DNA of 52,092 nucleotides, filler included, from an uncultured Pseudomonadota bacterium (GCA_964429275.1; 6 parts of 6 records of this genome joined end to end with filler, not necessarily neighbours in it); one strand, 5' to 3'; numbered from the whole stretch's first letter, positions 1-10,207 are shown. Made by a program: numbers and translations. Notes: generated from the letters alone by a model not told the origin.

Positions 1-2
1 TA

Positions 3-443
3 GTTTAAAAGTCCTATGAGGTTACGCTGGCTAGTGATAGATATGTTCGAGGTACCAAGAAAGAATTGGTTGGCGCCATGGAAAATACCCACCGTCAAGA
101 TGCTTGATAACAAATGAGGAAATTTTGCCTTATTCGTTAAGAGGCTTGATGTGAGACCGACCAAGAGTCCACCGCAGATGCTTGCAGTAAAACAAAGGAT
201 TGCTGCTGGGAATAAGGGGAGTTTGCTGGTTAAGAATAACATTCGTACGCCCATAATTGAGCCGCAGACATAGGCTGCTTCAATGCTCAAATCAGGAATT
301 TTCATGAGTGATATTGTAAAATACGCCCCAAGAACCAATGGAAAGTAGAGGCAGACATACTCTGAAACCACGAGTGTGGTGTTTCCCATCGAGGAAAACA
401 GAGCCTGAAAGGCAAGCAAGACGTGTTCCATTGGTAAAAACAT
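3..443 (-). CDS. ABC transporter permease (COG4120-like), 3'-truncated at window edge
   Basis: Manual translation from ATG at 443: MFLPMEHVLL...LGAYFTISLMKIPDLSIEAAYVCG...GLLVGLTSSLL...HLLSSILTVG. Multi-TM, with a PDLS/T-like motif typical of this permease family. Not in the ORF track because it has no stop in the window. Confidence 0.7.
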   Translation of the reverse strand, partial: MFLPMEHVLLAFQALFSSMGNTTLVVSEYVCLYFPLVLGAYFTISLMKIPDLSIEAAYVCGSIMGVRMLFLTSKLPLFPAAILCFTASICGGLLVGLTSSLLTNKAKFPHLLSSILTVGIFHGANQFFLGTSNISITSQRNLIGLLN

Positions 444-613
444 AAGAGACCTTTGTAAAGGATGTTATTGAGTCATTTAGACTCCCAGGACGAATTCAGT
501 ATACCATCATTTTTCCTAAAGAATAGGGGGTGTTTGCTCAAATGCTAGTAATGGTTTTTCCAGTCCTGTTAACCTTTCTCTATCTATTGTGATCATTATG
601 AGCCGGAGGGATT

Positions 614-1075
614 ATGGCGACAGTGGTTGAGACGACAGCATTGTTACCTGTAGCGCAGGCGACGCAGGGGGCTTCGGTTGAATCCATGTCTAATATTGTA
701 GTTACGCCGATTTGGTGGGAGTATCTCAAAATGGACTATTGGGTCAAAATGTTTGGTGATGGCGGTAAATTTTTTTTTATTGGGTGCTGGGCTCTTCTGG
801 GCATGGTGACTGGGTATTTAGTGAAGCGTTATGCGCGCGCCATGATTACTATAGCTATTGGTTCTCTCTGTGTCGGTGCCATATGCGAGCTTCTTGGCCT
901 TATTACCTTTAATTGGGATGTATTGCGGCAGCTTTGTGGTGGTAGTCTGAATCAGACATTCAGTGGGTCGGTGATGCATCTGCTAGAGCTTATAAAACAA
1001 AATGCAATCCTATACGGTGCAGGATTAGCTGGATTTATTGTTGGACACATACTGGGGCAGCCGGGCGATGAATGA
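614..1075 (+). CDS. FUN14-family membrane protein
   Basis: GGAGG RBS; pattern G..G..G...K, hydrophobic helix, G.ITFNW, and C-terminal GAGLAGFIVG match the FUN14 family as I recall it. Confidence 0.65.
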   Translation: MATVVETTALLPVAQATQGASVESMSNIVVTPIWWEYLKMDYWVKMFGDGGKFFFIGCWALLGMVTGYLVKRYARAMITIAIGSLCVGAICELLGLITFNWDVLRQLCGGSLNQTFSGSVMHLLELIKQNAILYGAGLAGFIVGHILGQPGDE

Positions 1076-2276
1076 GATTGTTTATGCGGTTACCCCGGTT
1101 TCTTCGGCCGATGTGGCGTATGCAGATACTATCTCCCTTACTGACTATCTGCTTAATGCCGCTATAGCGGCACAAGCTTCTGATATACATCTTCAGTTTC
1201 AGGACAATGATGTGACAGTGCGCTTTCGTATTCACGGGGTGCTTATTTCTTTTATGTGTTTGTCTAGTCAGCAGGCAGTGCAGGTTTTTTCTCGGCTTAA
1301 AATTTTGATGGGACTTGATATTACGCTTCTTGCGAAACCACAGGATGGGGCATTACGGCTTCAAGTGGGAGAGAAGAGTATTGATGTTCGCGGTTCATTT
1401 TTTCCTTCATTACAAGGAGAAAAAGCTGTTATCCGGCTCTTGGAGGGCCACTGTGGGATGGTGCAGATGCATACCTTGCCATTTGCCCCCTTTGTTATAC
1501 GATCGCTTTATGCTATTGCTCGACAGGATCATGGGCTTTTTTTGGTCACTGGCCCAACAGGAGCGGGGAAAACGACCACCTTGTATGCTCTTTTGCAGGC
1601 TGTTGATCGGGAAGCACGTAACGTAGTTACTTTGGAAAATCCAGTTGAGTATCGAATTCCGCAGGTGACGCAGACACAAATTGATACATATCATGCGCTT
1701 ACATTTGCTCAGGCAGTTCGCTCATTGTTGCGTCAGGACCCCGATGTTGCGCTGATTGGAGAGCTGCGAGATGCCGATTCTGTGCATAGCGCTGTTGAGG
1801 CAGCATTGACTGGCCATTTGGTTTTAAGCTCATTACATACCGGCCGGGCGAGCGGCGTACCGATCCGTCTTCGAGAGATGGGAGTGGAGCCATACCTTAT
1901 AGCGCATGCCTTGAAAGGAGTGCTCGCTCAGCGGTTGCTGTTGACCTTGTGCCCTGACTGCAAGGTGATGGTGCCGCTCTCGCATGCAGAGCAGGAATGG
2001 GTGACGCAACGGGGTTTTCTTCTTGCGGCAACGGGTTATTCTCCCGGCTGTGTGGTGTGTCATCAAACGGGGCTTGCTGGCCAGCATGTGATTGCTGAAC
2101 TTTGGTTATGTGAGAGCGGGGAGATTGGAGAATTGCTTAAAGATCCGAGGTCCAGCCAGGCAGATTTTGAGGAAATTGCCAAAAAAAATGGAATGACTCC
2201 GTTAATTATGACCGGGATTGAGTTAGTAAAGGAGGGGGTTGTTGCCTTATCAGTTCTTATGAATAGTGATCTTTAA
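1068..2276 (+). CDS. GspE/PilB-family secretion/pilus ATPase lacking the N-terminal domain
   Basis: ASDIH, RFRIHGVL, PQDG, Walker A GPTGAGKTT, LRQDPD, Walker B IGELRD, His box GHLVLSSLH, CPDC...CVVC. ATG at 1068 overlaps the FUN14 gene end. Confidence 0.9.
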   Translation: MNEIVYAVTPVSSADVAYADTISLTDYLLNAAIAAQASDIHLQFQDNDVTVRFRIHGVLISFMCLSSQQAVQVFSRLKILMGLDITLLAKPQDGALRLQVGEKSIDVRGSFFPSLQGEKAVIRLLEGHCGMVQMHTLPFAPFVIRSLYAIARQDHGLFLVTGPTGAGKTTTLYALLQAVDREARNVVTLENPVEYRIPQVTQTQIDTYHALTFAQAVRSLLRQDPDVALIGELRDADSVHSAVEAALTGHLVLSSLHTGRASGVPIRLREMGVEPYLIAHALKGVLAQRLLLTLCPDCKVMVPLSHAEQEWVTQRGFLLAATGYSPGCVVCHQTGLAGQHVIAELWLCESGEIGELLKDPRSSQADFEEIAKKNGMTPLIMTGIELVKEGVVALSVLMNSDL

Positions 2277-2793
2277 GGAGACGGTTGAGGCTTCGAAACC
2301 GCCTTGCCAGAGAAGGTTTAGCAAAAAAATGTCTAAAATTGTTTCGCATAGTGCAAAAGATTTCTGTAAGAGTTTTTTACGAGCGATATAATATTTTTTG
2401 TTTCTACGTATAGACAAGACCCAAAAAATGGTTTAGATTAGTATCATCTTGTTGCGGAGACTATAGGTCTCATCGCTTTTCTAACTATAAAAATTTTACT
2501 TTCCTTGCTGTGCGGCCTTTGTGTCGTCGGCTGTTTGTATGAAAATCGAATCAGTACGCGTATGCCGTTTTGTACGGCTGTGGGGGATACGGTGTACGCG
2601 TGCTGGTACGCAAGTTGGGGATGTTGCCTTTGCTTCTATAATTATTTAGGTGTGGTGTACGTTATAGATGCATTATTCCAGGGTAATGTCCCCTTATTTT
2701 AATCTATTCGGCTTTACCGATATGGCGTCTTAACAGTAATTTACTGTTGAAGGGGCCTTTTTTTACGTCTCTGACTTACGCATTTGGTGGCGT

Positions 2794-5700
2794 CTAGAAT
2801 CCGAACTGCTCTAGTTCTTCCCGCTCTTCTGGTGTTAACGTGTCCATTTTTTCTTGAATGAACTTCTTAGCCGCTTCAGGGCCTTGGGTGCGGTGGATTC
2901 CTTCAGCTTCTTCAAGGAGCTTTAAGAGGGCAGGGCTTAGCTGTTGTGCCGCTTCCACATCGTCACCTGGGTCTGTTTCGCCTTCAGTAGACTCTTCCAT
3001 CATAAAGTTTGGTCCGCGTTGTTGGGCCATCATCATTGCAGGGTCAAATCCGGCTTTTTTAAGACGGTGAGCAATTACTGGATTTGGAGCACGGCCGCTC
3101 TCAGCTGCCATTTTTGCATGCAGCATGAGATCTTGCGCTTCTTTTATGCCTTTATCGCTATTCATCCCTGGGATAAAGTTGCTGGCCACTGAGGCCATAA
3201 GGTTTGATGGTTTCAGGGCGGTTGAAACACCATAATCAAAGATATTGTGCATGAGGTTGCGTGCAGCCGTGTAGGCGTTGGTGCGACCATGGGTGTTCCC
3301 GAAAATCATACCAATGTGTTTGTTTGCCATTTGGTTAAGCACTTGCCCGCCAAACATATTGTTTTCCTGCATTTTTGCTAACTGGTTCATCAGAGGCTTA
3401 AGCGCCTTCTTGAGGAGTTCGTCTGCGCCGTAACCAACCAGATGTGCACCCCATTCATTTCGGGCAATTTTTGCAAAGGTTTTTAGCGGCAAGTCTTTGA
3501 TCGCTTGGCCCGTAGCTAAGTAGTGAGCATCAAAAGCGGCAGCAATTTCCCGCAATCCCCATTCCGCGTACAAACGGCTCAGGACGTGAAATATTTCTTT
3601 TACTTGGCTTACCAGCATGAATGTAGAACTGTTGATATTGTCGGTGAAGGCAGCAAATTCTTTTGCAATGACTTCTTCTTTTTTGAGTTTCCTTTGTGTC
3701 TCAGTTCCGGTAAAAAATTCATCATGGGTGGCTGTTTTGTGCAGGGAAAGTAGCCCAAAGGTTTGGAGTATGACGTCGGTAGCTCGGTCGGTTATTTCTT
3801 TGATACGAGCATCTGCTTTTTGGCCGTTGGACGGCATATTAATTAAGGATGCATCTTTTAGCGTCGTGTCGCCATCGTTGCTTGGCGCCTCTACTTTATT
3901 GGCTTTTATATTTTTATAGGCTCGTTGAATGGTGCGCTTAAGATCAAGATAGGTTATTGGATTGAGGTTCTTTGGCGCTGGCGTCAGATGTATATTACTG
4001 CTTTGGAGGCGTACAGCCTCTTGTATTTGTTCGTTGTTGCCGATGAAATGCGCAGCTTTAAATGCATTCAATTCTTCGGCAGTTTTTGCGTTGAGATAGG
4101 TGAAAATATCTTTCTTGCTCAAAAACAACACTGGATTTTGTGTTATATAGCCTGATTTTCTTTGAGCATACGCAATTTTTTGTAGTTGCGTTACGGTGAA
4201 AGCCTCTTGGTTTTTAATGTGGTACCAGGAAGTGTGGCCAGTGTCTTTGAGAGATGGACCAACCGTTTTCTCTTTTACATAGCGGGCAAATGCCGCAATT
4301 CTCTTTTCCCATGGATCTTTTGGTGCTGAGTGTAGGGTAGCGACAAGACGGTTAACGCTTAGCATGAGGTCATATACCCTGTCGGTAACAAAAACGTAGT
4401 GGCCAGCAAAATTTGTCATTTCTTCAAACTGCTTGATGGTAGACATTAATTTGCTTATGGATTCGATAGTATTGTATGTTATTGCGTAGTATTTCTTGAT
4501 AATTTCTATAGAGTCAGAAGTGTCAGCAATGGTGTGAATACCAAGTTTGTTACGCACTGGTTGTGGGAATAACTTGAAAACGAGCCGTGGGATGATTAGT
4601 TTTGAAAAGTAATTTTCATATGACTCTCCAGCCAAATGATCTTCCATAAATGGGAGATACCGCTTTAATCCACTCTCTTGCCGTTCCATTAGCTTCTTAA
4701 GCGTAGTTGGCGCAATATTTATTTTGTACTCGGTTGGTTTTCCTATAGCGCCGTGGCTCAGTGCAAACTTGAATTCAAGGCTGACGTTGTCATTATCTGA
4801 AAGCTGCTCTTGGTTGTTTTCGCGGGCTTTGCGGGCAACAGCATCGCAGATATCAATAGCCTTCATTATGGCAGCAGTAAGCTCAGGAGAGATTTCCGTG
4901 CCTTCATCATCGGTAAGAACAGTCATTGGCTTTGATTTGAACTGCATGCCAAACATCGCTTGTGGAATGTTGAGAGCCAAGTTTGCATACATAAGGTATC
5001 GAGTAAGTGGGCCTTCTTGGATTTTTGCCGTTAAGCTGTCTTTAATAATGCCACCGACTTCGTCTTGTACTGTTTTGCTGAATTCCTTTGCTTTATCTAT
5101 TGTTTTGGTGCGAAGTGTTGGTGCGCGAGCAGGTAGTTGTTCGCCAGCTCCCCGCAGGTAGTAGTCTTCATCACGGAGTCTATATTCTTCTTCGCCAGTT
5201 GCACTAACTCCTACCTTTACTTCGGCTTGGATGTCTTTCCAAATTGGTTGATAGATCTGCCAGAGGTGCTTAGTGATCGCGACTTGAAGAACCTTATTTT
5301 TTTCGGCAGCATCTTTGTTTGCCATGATGCTGCGAAGGCTGAATGGCAGACCTGCGGTAAGCAGTTTACCCGGGTCTTTTTCTTTGAGGATGTAGTCGGA
5401 AAGAATTTTTGGCGTAATGAGTGGTTGGTCTGGAGTGCGTCGCTGGGTCATCGCAAGTTGGTAGTGAACATGTGATAGCTTCCAGAGTGGAATGGTAAGG
5501 AAATTGCTGACAATTGGACGGTAGAAGAGGCGGTCGAGTGATTTGAAAGTACTGACAATTGATTTATCGATACCAGATTGTACTAATTGCCCCAAAAGGC
5601 TTTCTTCATCGGCAAGTGCGGTAAACCATTTAGTTGGCACCATCTCTTTTACTGCTTCCCCATTCTCGTTAACACGATATTGTGGAATTAGTTTTGGTAA

Positions 5701-6420
5701 CTTGTTGCCTTGTGCATCAGTTTTGACCGTGCCGTCGCGATTGAGCTCATAAATTTTTTCTTCCCCGATGACTGAAATGAGGGCGGTGCTCACCATTTGC
5801 CAGACATTATGCCAAAACTTAATAAAGAAACGGCCAACGAACTCGGTCATTGTTGACCACCATTCTGATGGGCTCATACGCGTTTTAAGCGTTTTCATGG
5901 CGGCAAGCATTTTTGGAAGTATTGGTTGCGAGGTCGATTGTTTATATTTAACGAGCAGTGCCTTAGGATTACTTAAAAGCTGCTTTACCGCATCAATATT
6001 TTCGACTAACTGGTCCAAGTTCTTATGTTGCACTTTTACCAGGGCAACGGTGGCACGTAACGTCTCAGGGTCGCGAAGAATAGACTGGACAGCTGACTTT
6101 TGGGCTGGAGCGCCATATTTCTCTCCAATTTTACCCAGTAAGACGCTCAGTCCTTTTTGATCTTCGGCAGAGAGTGATTGCATACTTGCTGGCAGGCTTT
6201 TTACCTTTTCTTCGACTACCTCTTTGCCGGTTGGGCGTGCTTGTTGTACAGGAGCAGAGATAGTTCGCTTAAGCCCAGCAAGTTGCTCATTGAGGGCTAA
6301 TTGTTGGGCTTCGTATGTTGCAAGCGAAATGCCGCCAGACGGGGCTTCAGCCTGTGCAGAGTGCTCAAAACACATAATGACTGCTATGCATGCAAGAAGA
6401 TTGCGCGATATCGTTTTCAT
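2794..6420 (-). CDS. Large hypothetical secreted protein (1208 aa)
   Basis: Long uninterrupted ORF with an N-terminal signal peptide (…AVIMCFEHSAQA) and a helical, acidic C-terminus; no recognisable domain. Confidence 0.8.
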   Translation of the reverse strand: MKTISRNLLACIAVIMCFEHSAQAEAPSGGISLATYEAQQLALNEQLAGLKRTISAPVQQARPTGKEVVEEKVKSLPASMQSLSAEDQKGLSVLLGKIGEKYGAPAQKSAVQSILRDPETLRATVALVKVQHKNLDQLVENIDAVKQLLSNPKALLVKYKQSTSQPILPKMLAAMKTLKTRMSPSEWWSTMTEFVGRFFIKFWHNVWQMVSTALISVIGEEKIYELNRDGTVKTDAQGNKLPKLIPQYRVNENGEAVKEMVPTKWFTALADEESLLGQLVQSGIDKSIVSTFKSLDRLFYRPIVSNFLTIPLWKLSHVHYQLAMTQRRTPDQPLITPKILSDYILKEKDPGKLLTAGLPFSLRSIMANKDAAEKNKVLQVAITKHLWQIYQPIWKDIQAEVKVGVSATGEEEYRLRDEDYYLRGAGEQLPARAPTLRTKTIDKAKEFSKTVQDEVGGIIKDSLTAKIQEGPLTRYLMYANLALNIPQAMFGMQFKSKPMTVLTDDEGTEISPELTAAIMKAIDICDAVARKARENNQEQLSDNDNVSLEFKFALSHGAIGKPTEYKINIAPTTLKKLMERQESGLKRYLPFMEDHLAGESYENYFSKLIIPRLVFKLFPQPVRNKLGIHTIADTSDSIEIIKKYYAITYNTIESISKLMSTIKQFEEMTNFAGHYVFVTDRVYDLMLSVNRLVATLHSAPKDPWEKRIAAFARYVKEKTVGPSLKDTGHTSWYHIKNQEAFTVTQLQKIAYAQRKSGYITQNPVLFLSKKDIFTYLNAKTAEELNAFKAAHFIGNNEQIQEAVRLQSSNIHLTPAPKNLNPITYLDLKRTIQRAYKNIKANKVEAPSNDGDTTLKDASLINMPSNGQKADARIKEITDRATDVILQTFGLLSLHKTATHDEFFTGTETQRKLKKEEVIAKEFAAFTDNINSSTFMLVSQVKEIFHVLSRLYAEWGLREIAAAFDAHYLATGQAIKDLPLKTFAKIARNEWGAHLVGYGADELLKKALKPLMNQLAKMQENNMFGGQVLNQMANKHIGMIFGNTHGRTNAYTAARNLMHNIFDYGVSTALKPSNLMASVASNFIPGMNSDKGIKEAQDLMLHAKMAAESGRAPNPVIAHRLKKAGFDPAMMMAQQRGPNFMMEESTEGETDPGDDVEAAQQLSPALLKLLEEAEGIHRTQGPEAAKKFIQEKMDTLTPEEREELEQFGF

Positions 6421-6545
6421 GGTAAACCCTGCCCTTATTCTCTATATCAAGCCTAAAAAGATCAGGTTTTAGTCTAGATAGTGGGCAAGAGCTAATGCAA
6501 TGATATCCGGCAAAAGAGCGGTATTATGTACGGTATGTGCTTATT

Positions 6546-7661
6546 TTAGCCGAGGAATTTTTTGAAGAATCCTCGGATGCCACTATTTTCATGTTCTACT
6601 GCTTTGTCGTAGGCCAGAAGAGCATCTTTTGCTTCTGAGCTGAGCTTCTTAGGGATAGCACATTGTGTGATGTACACTAAATTCCCTGCGCCTGAGCCTT
6701 GCAGTCGAGGAAAGCCCTTGCCGACGATAACAATTTCGTGACCGACAGGGCATCCCTTTGGCACTTTAACGGTATGCGTTGAGCCATCAAGCGATTCGAC
6801 TTCTAGTTGGGCTCCAAGAACAAGCTGGGCATAGGTTAAGGTAAGATTGCATACGAGATCATTGTCGCGTCGTTGAAAGTTTGTGTCTGGAATAATGCTT
6901 ACTTTTACGTACAAATTTCCTGCTGGACCACCAAATGTCCCCGCGTCTCCTTTGTTCGTAATGCGGAGGTCGGCACCGCGATAAATACCGGCAGGGATGG
7001 TTACGGTTAAGGTCTCATATTTTTGTACCCGTGACTGGCCACGGCAAGCTGCACACGGATCACTAATGGTGAAGCCATTCCCCGAACATGCATGGCACGG
7101 TTGTGAAAAAGCAAAAAAGCCTTGCTGCATAGTGGTAGATCCGCTGCCATGGCAGGTGCCACACGCGGTTGCCGTCTTGCCGGGCTTACACCCCGTGCTC
7201 TTGCAGGTATCGCATGGAATATAGTGATACACTTTGATTTCTTTTTTACAACCGACAAGGGCCTCTTTGAGTGAGATAGTCACTTCGTATGCGAGGTCAT
7301 GGCCTTGAGTTGGTGTAGGTCCGGTTCGTCGTTGTTGTCGACCAGCATGCTGACCGAAAATGTTGCCAAAAATGTCGCCGAATTGGGAGAAGATATCGCT
7401 TGAGTTGGCGTATGAGTGGTAATCAGAGCCGGCATGCATGCCTTCATGGCCATACTTATCATAACGAGCTCGTTTATCTTTGTCTCCCAAAATTTCATAT
7501 GCTTCGGTTGCTTCTTTAAACAAGCCTTCAGCCTTTTTATTGTCTGGGTTTCGGTCAGGATGGTGTTGCATCGCCAGTTTACGATAGGCTTTTTTAATGT
7601 CAGCATCAGAAGCGGTTTTTTCCACACCAAGAATGGAGTAGTAATCTTTTTTTTTGCTCAT
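6546..7661 (-). CDS. dnaJ: Chaperone DnaJ
   Basis: J-domain with HPD, G/F region, four CxxCxGxG-like zinc-finger repeats, C-terminal domain. Confidence 0.97.
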   Translation of the reverse strand: MSKKKDYYSILGVEKTASDADIKKAYRKLAMQHHPDRNPDNKKAEGLFKEATEAYEILGDKDKRARYDKYGHEGMHAGSDYHSYANSSDIFSQFGDIFGNIFGQHAGRQQRRTGPTPTQGHDLAYEVTISLKEALVGCKKEIKVYHYIPCDTCKSTGCKPGKTATACGTCHGSGSTTMQQGFFAFSQPCHACSGNGFTISDPCAACRGQSRVQKYETLTVTIPAGIYRGADLRITNKGDAGTFGGPAGNLYVKVSIIPDTNFQRRDNDLVCNLTLTYAQLVLGAQLEVESLDGSTHTVKVPKGCPVGHEIVIVGKGFPRLQGSGAGNLVYITQCAIPKKLSSEAKDALLAYDKAVEHENSGIRGFFKKFLG

Positions 7662-7861
7662 ACAAAACGTTTACGGGTTAGAAGAGAAACTTATATAGAT
7701 ACATGCTGGATAGTATATAGCTCAAAAGTAGCGGAAGCAAGAGCATTTGCGGCGAAGCCTAGCAATCTTTCTATTCTGTTTGATAATTTATATAAGGGTG
7801 CATTGTATGGTTACAGGGATTGGGCCCATGAAACAGTATGCAGTATTTCTTTTTTGTCTTA

Positions 7862-8245
7862 GAGGCTGTCCGAGAATTAGGCATATAACTTCCTAAAGAC
7901 TACGATGGCGCAAGCGAAGCTATAAAAAGCACTGAATGCAAAGTCATGCTTTGCAAATCGTGTCAGGAGGCTTCTGAAATTGTTGATCCAGGAATGAGCA
8001 GCCTCTACAATCCAGCGGTTAGCCGATCGCAAAAGCTTTTCTCCTTTCTCAAGCTTCTTTCTTCGCTGTCCATTTTGTGTAATAAATGGGGCAATGCCAG
8101 ACTTCGTAAGCTCTTTTTTAAAGTTTTCGGCATTGTAAGCAGAATTTGCGGCCAAAATGCATATTTTGCCTTCAGAATAAAGTTTTTTAATTCGATTTAT
8201 TTTTTATGCGAACTAGTTGTGTTCATTGAATTCTCGGATAGCCCC
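7862..8245 (-). mobile_element. Internally deleted IS5-family (IS1031-like) element, 384 bp
   Basis: 17-bp imperfect terminal inverted repeats GAGGCTGTCCGAGAATT (7862-7878) and AATTCTCGGATAGCCCC (8229-8245), flanked by TTA direct repeats (7859-7861, 8246-8248), enclosing a transposase C-terminal remnant. Confidence 0.85.
7877..8155 (-). pseudogene. IS5-family transposase C-terminal fragment
   Basis: ILAANSAY (degenerate LAD.xY) and RWIVEAAHSWINNFRSLLTRF, the typical IS5 C-terminal motif; N-terminal part missing. Confidence 0.85.
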
Positions 8246-8290
8246 TTAGTAGAAAAAGGAGTTTTTTGTCGACACAGAAAAAAAGGGTTA

Positions 8291-8318
8291 TTGACACTGT
8301 TGGAATCTTGGATAGACT
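8291..8318 (+). promoter_or_regulatory. Sigma70-type promoter of tRNA-Leu
   Basis: TTGACA (8291-8296), 16-bp spacer, TAGACT (8313-8318), just upstream of the tRNA. Confidence 0.65.
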
Positions 8319-8335
8319 TCCCCACTCTTTTTTGT

Positions 8336-8422
8336 GCCGAGGTGGTGAAATTGGTAGACACGCTAGATTCAGGTTCTAGTCCCTTCAGTGGGATAGGGGT
8401 TCGAGTCCCCTCTTCGGCACCA
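8336..8422 (+). tRNA. tRNA-Leu(CAG)
   Basis: Acceptor GCCGAGG/CTTCGGC, D-loop TGGTAGAC, anticodon stem CTAGA-TTCAGGT-TCTAG, long variable arm, GTTCGAGTC, encoded CCA. Confidence 0.96.
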
Positions 8423-8666
8423 CTCGCCTTCGCACACGCTGCGTGCGCATAAAGCGCACGAGGTGCTTGCCGTCGCCCGTTAGGGCTATGGCGTAGCATC
8501 ACGCCGAAAAGTATGAAGGCGGATTTCTACAGCGTAGCGGGGCCTTCAAAGGCAGCACAAAGAGCCGTAGTGCCACCGTCAGTGTGTAACGCAGCCCGTA
8601 GGACAAGCGTGAAGCGAGTGTCGCGCCATAGTCGACTTGCCGAGAGGCAGGTTGCGGCGGCGAACT
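8423..8666. repeat. GC-rich multi-hairpin palindromic tract directly 3' of the tRNA
   Basis: Hairpins CGTGCGC-ataaa-GCGCACG, GCCGTCGCCC-gtta-GGGCTATGGC, TGAAGGC...GCCTTCA, GACTTGCC-gaga-GGCAGGTT; CTATGGCG/CGCCATAG inverted pair. Confidence 0.55.
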
Positions 8667-8673
8667 TAAATCG

Positions 8674-9435
8674 CTACTTCTTTCCCCCGCCAGCAGAGGC
8701 CATCTTTATTTCAGAGATAATATCGCGGACGTTAACCGCATCTTCTCTTTCCTTATCGTTTTCTATTTCTTTTAAGATCGCTGTTTCCAGGCGAGGGTAG
8801 GTTGTGCCTTTATCGATCAAGAATTTGTGGAGAATGGAGCCCATGAGGCTGCTGTATACAAGACGAGCATCTTGGTTTTTGGTGAGCTTGTTGCAAATGT
8901 AAAGGAGTGCGAAAGTTATGACCATCTTGATTGCGGCGTTTTTTATCCGTGCGCGGCTAATTTCTTTCACTGCATGGGCGGGAAGGCGCTGGAGTTTCTT
9001 AGCAAACGCGGTGTCGTTTGTGAGTAGCGCCATTACTTTTGGCATTTGGCGTAATGCTCCCCATGCGTTGAGTGCGTGAACAGGTCGATTGAGGTAGGAA
9101 TCGGTAAATTCTGGGTTATCAAAAAACGGGGTGCTGAGAGCGTATGAGCCGTGAGCAGTGGCACTTATTGCCTTGCTGCCAAGTGAGAAAAGACGTAAAA
9201 GCTTTCGTTGAATTCCGCTTTTGTTCGTGAGAGCAAGCGCGTCGAAAATTTGTTCTGCATGGTAAGCAATAGGTGCATACAGACTTGTGAGGTATGCATC
9301 TCTGGCCCATAAGGCTCCCTTTTGATTTTTGGGAGCAGATACTTTAATTTTAACGGTTAGTTCTTGCGGGCTTGGGGTATTTGCTGGCTTGAGAAATGGC
9401 ATCAAGAATAAAAGAAAGAAGGCGATAAAATACAT
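8674..9435 (-). CDS. Hypothetical protein with N-terminal signal/TM segment
   Basis: ATG at 9435 preceded by AGGAG; MYFIAFFLLFLMPFL hydrophobic N-terminus. Confidence 0.7.
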   Translation of the reverse strand: MYFIAFFLLFLMPFLKPANTPSPQELTVKIKVSAPKNQKGALWARDAYLTSLYAPIAYHAEQIFDALALTNKSGIQRKLLRLFSLGSKAISATAHGSYALSTPFFDNPEFTDSYLNRPVHALNAWGALRQMPKVMALLTNDTAFAKKLQRLPAHAVKEISRARIKNAAIKMVITFALLYICNKLTKNQDARLVYSSLMGSILHKFLIDKGTTYPRLETAILKEIENDKEREDAVNVRDIISEIKMASAGGGKK

Positions 9436-9485
9436 GGATTCACTCCTATAAGTTGTGCGTATGATTTGTATCATATAGTTTTTGA

Positions 9486-10016
9486 TTAGGCTACTGGCGA
9501 ATTTTCTGCTCGTAAAACGAGATGGCAATTGTCATTGTATACAAAGCTTCCTCGGTGCAACACTGGGATGTTGTCGATTGGCGTGTGGAGGACGAGGAAA
9601 AGGTGCTCGGTGCCTATTATTTTATATGGCCTATCACCAAATGAAAATGTGATCATATGCGTGTTTTTGTCCCAGATACCACAAGCGATATGGGACTGAG
9701 GGTTTGGTTTAAGGTCGCGGTATTTTTCTTGGCGATAGAGAAGTGGAATGAAAGAGAGAGGTGGTAGCGTTTGCGCTCGGCCATGAGGCTTCCACTGTAA
9801 GGTGAACTGGTGCACATTGAGCGGGGCTTTGCCGCGATGCGCAAATGTTATACTGCTGTATCCTATGATAGTGTTTTGATCTGCGGGGATATGGTTTTTA
9901 AATGGCTTCCATAATGCTTTGGTATGAATATTGGTATTGAGGGTAGTAAGTGTGGTGGCGCATAGTGTTGGCATGCTAATTAATATAAAAAATAGAAAAC
10001 GATTCAAAAAATGCAT
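9486..10016 (-). CDS. Hypothetical secreted protein
   Basis: Signal-peptide-like N-terminus, beta-rich body, GGAAGGG RBS. Confidence 0.7.
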   Translation of the reverse strand: MHFLNRFLFFILISMPTLCATTLTTLNTNIHTKALWKPFKNHIPADQNTIIGYSSITFAHRGKAPLNVHQFTLQWKPHGRAQTLPPLSFIPLLYRQEKYRDLKPNPQSHIACGIWDKNTHMITFSFGDRPYKIIGTEHLFLVLHTPIDNIPVLHRGSFVYNDNCHLVLRAENSPVA

Positions 10017-10207
10017 AAAAGTTCCCTTCCATCAAAGTATATCAAGGAAGGGCCAGTTCCGGTGAGGTATCGTGAAAATAAGCGTTAAATCAACGGTAAT
10101 AGCAGCTCTTTTGAATTACTTGCTTTTGATTTGCAGGGTGTATTAAGGTTTGGTGCGTTTGACTGGCATGTCAAAAAATCAGGCGATCTTTTTAGAAGGA
10201 GTTTTCT

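Noticed and set aside
2277..2793. Large intergenic region as a replication origin, or the 65-aa ORF 2505-2702 as a gene
   Set aside because: No clustered DnaA boxes seen; the ORF has a TTG start, no RBS and odd composition.
8336..8422. tRNA-Leu as a prophage or island attachment site
   Set aside because: No integrase and no duplicated tRNA 3' end seen in the contig.
7946..8800. ORFs overlapping the IS remnant, tRNA and palindromic tract
   Set aside because: Explained by non-coding features; no protein-like signal.
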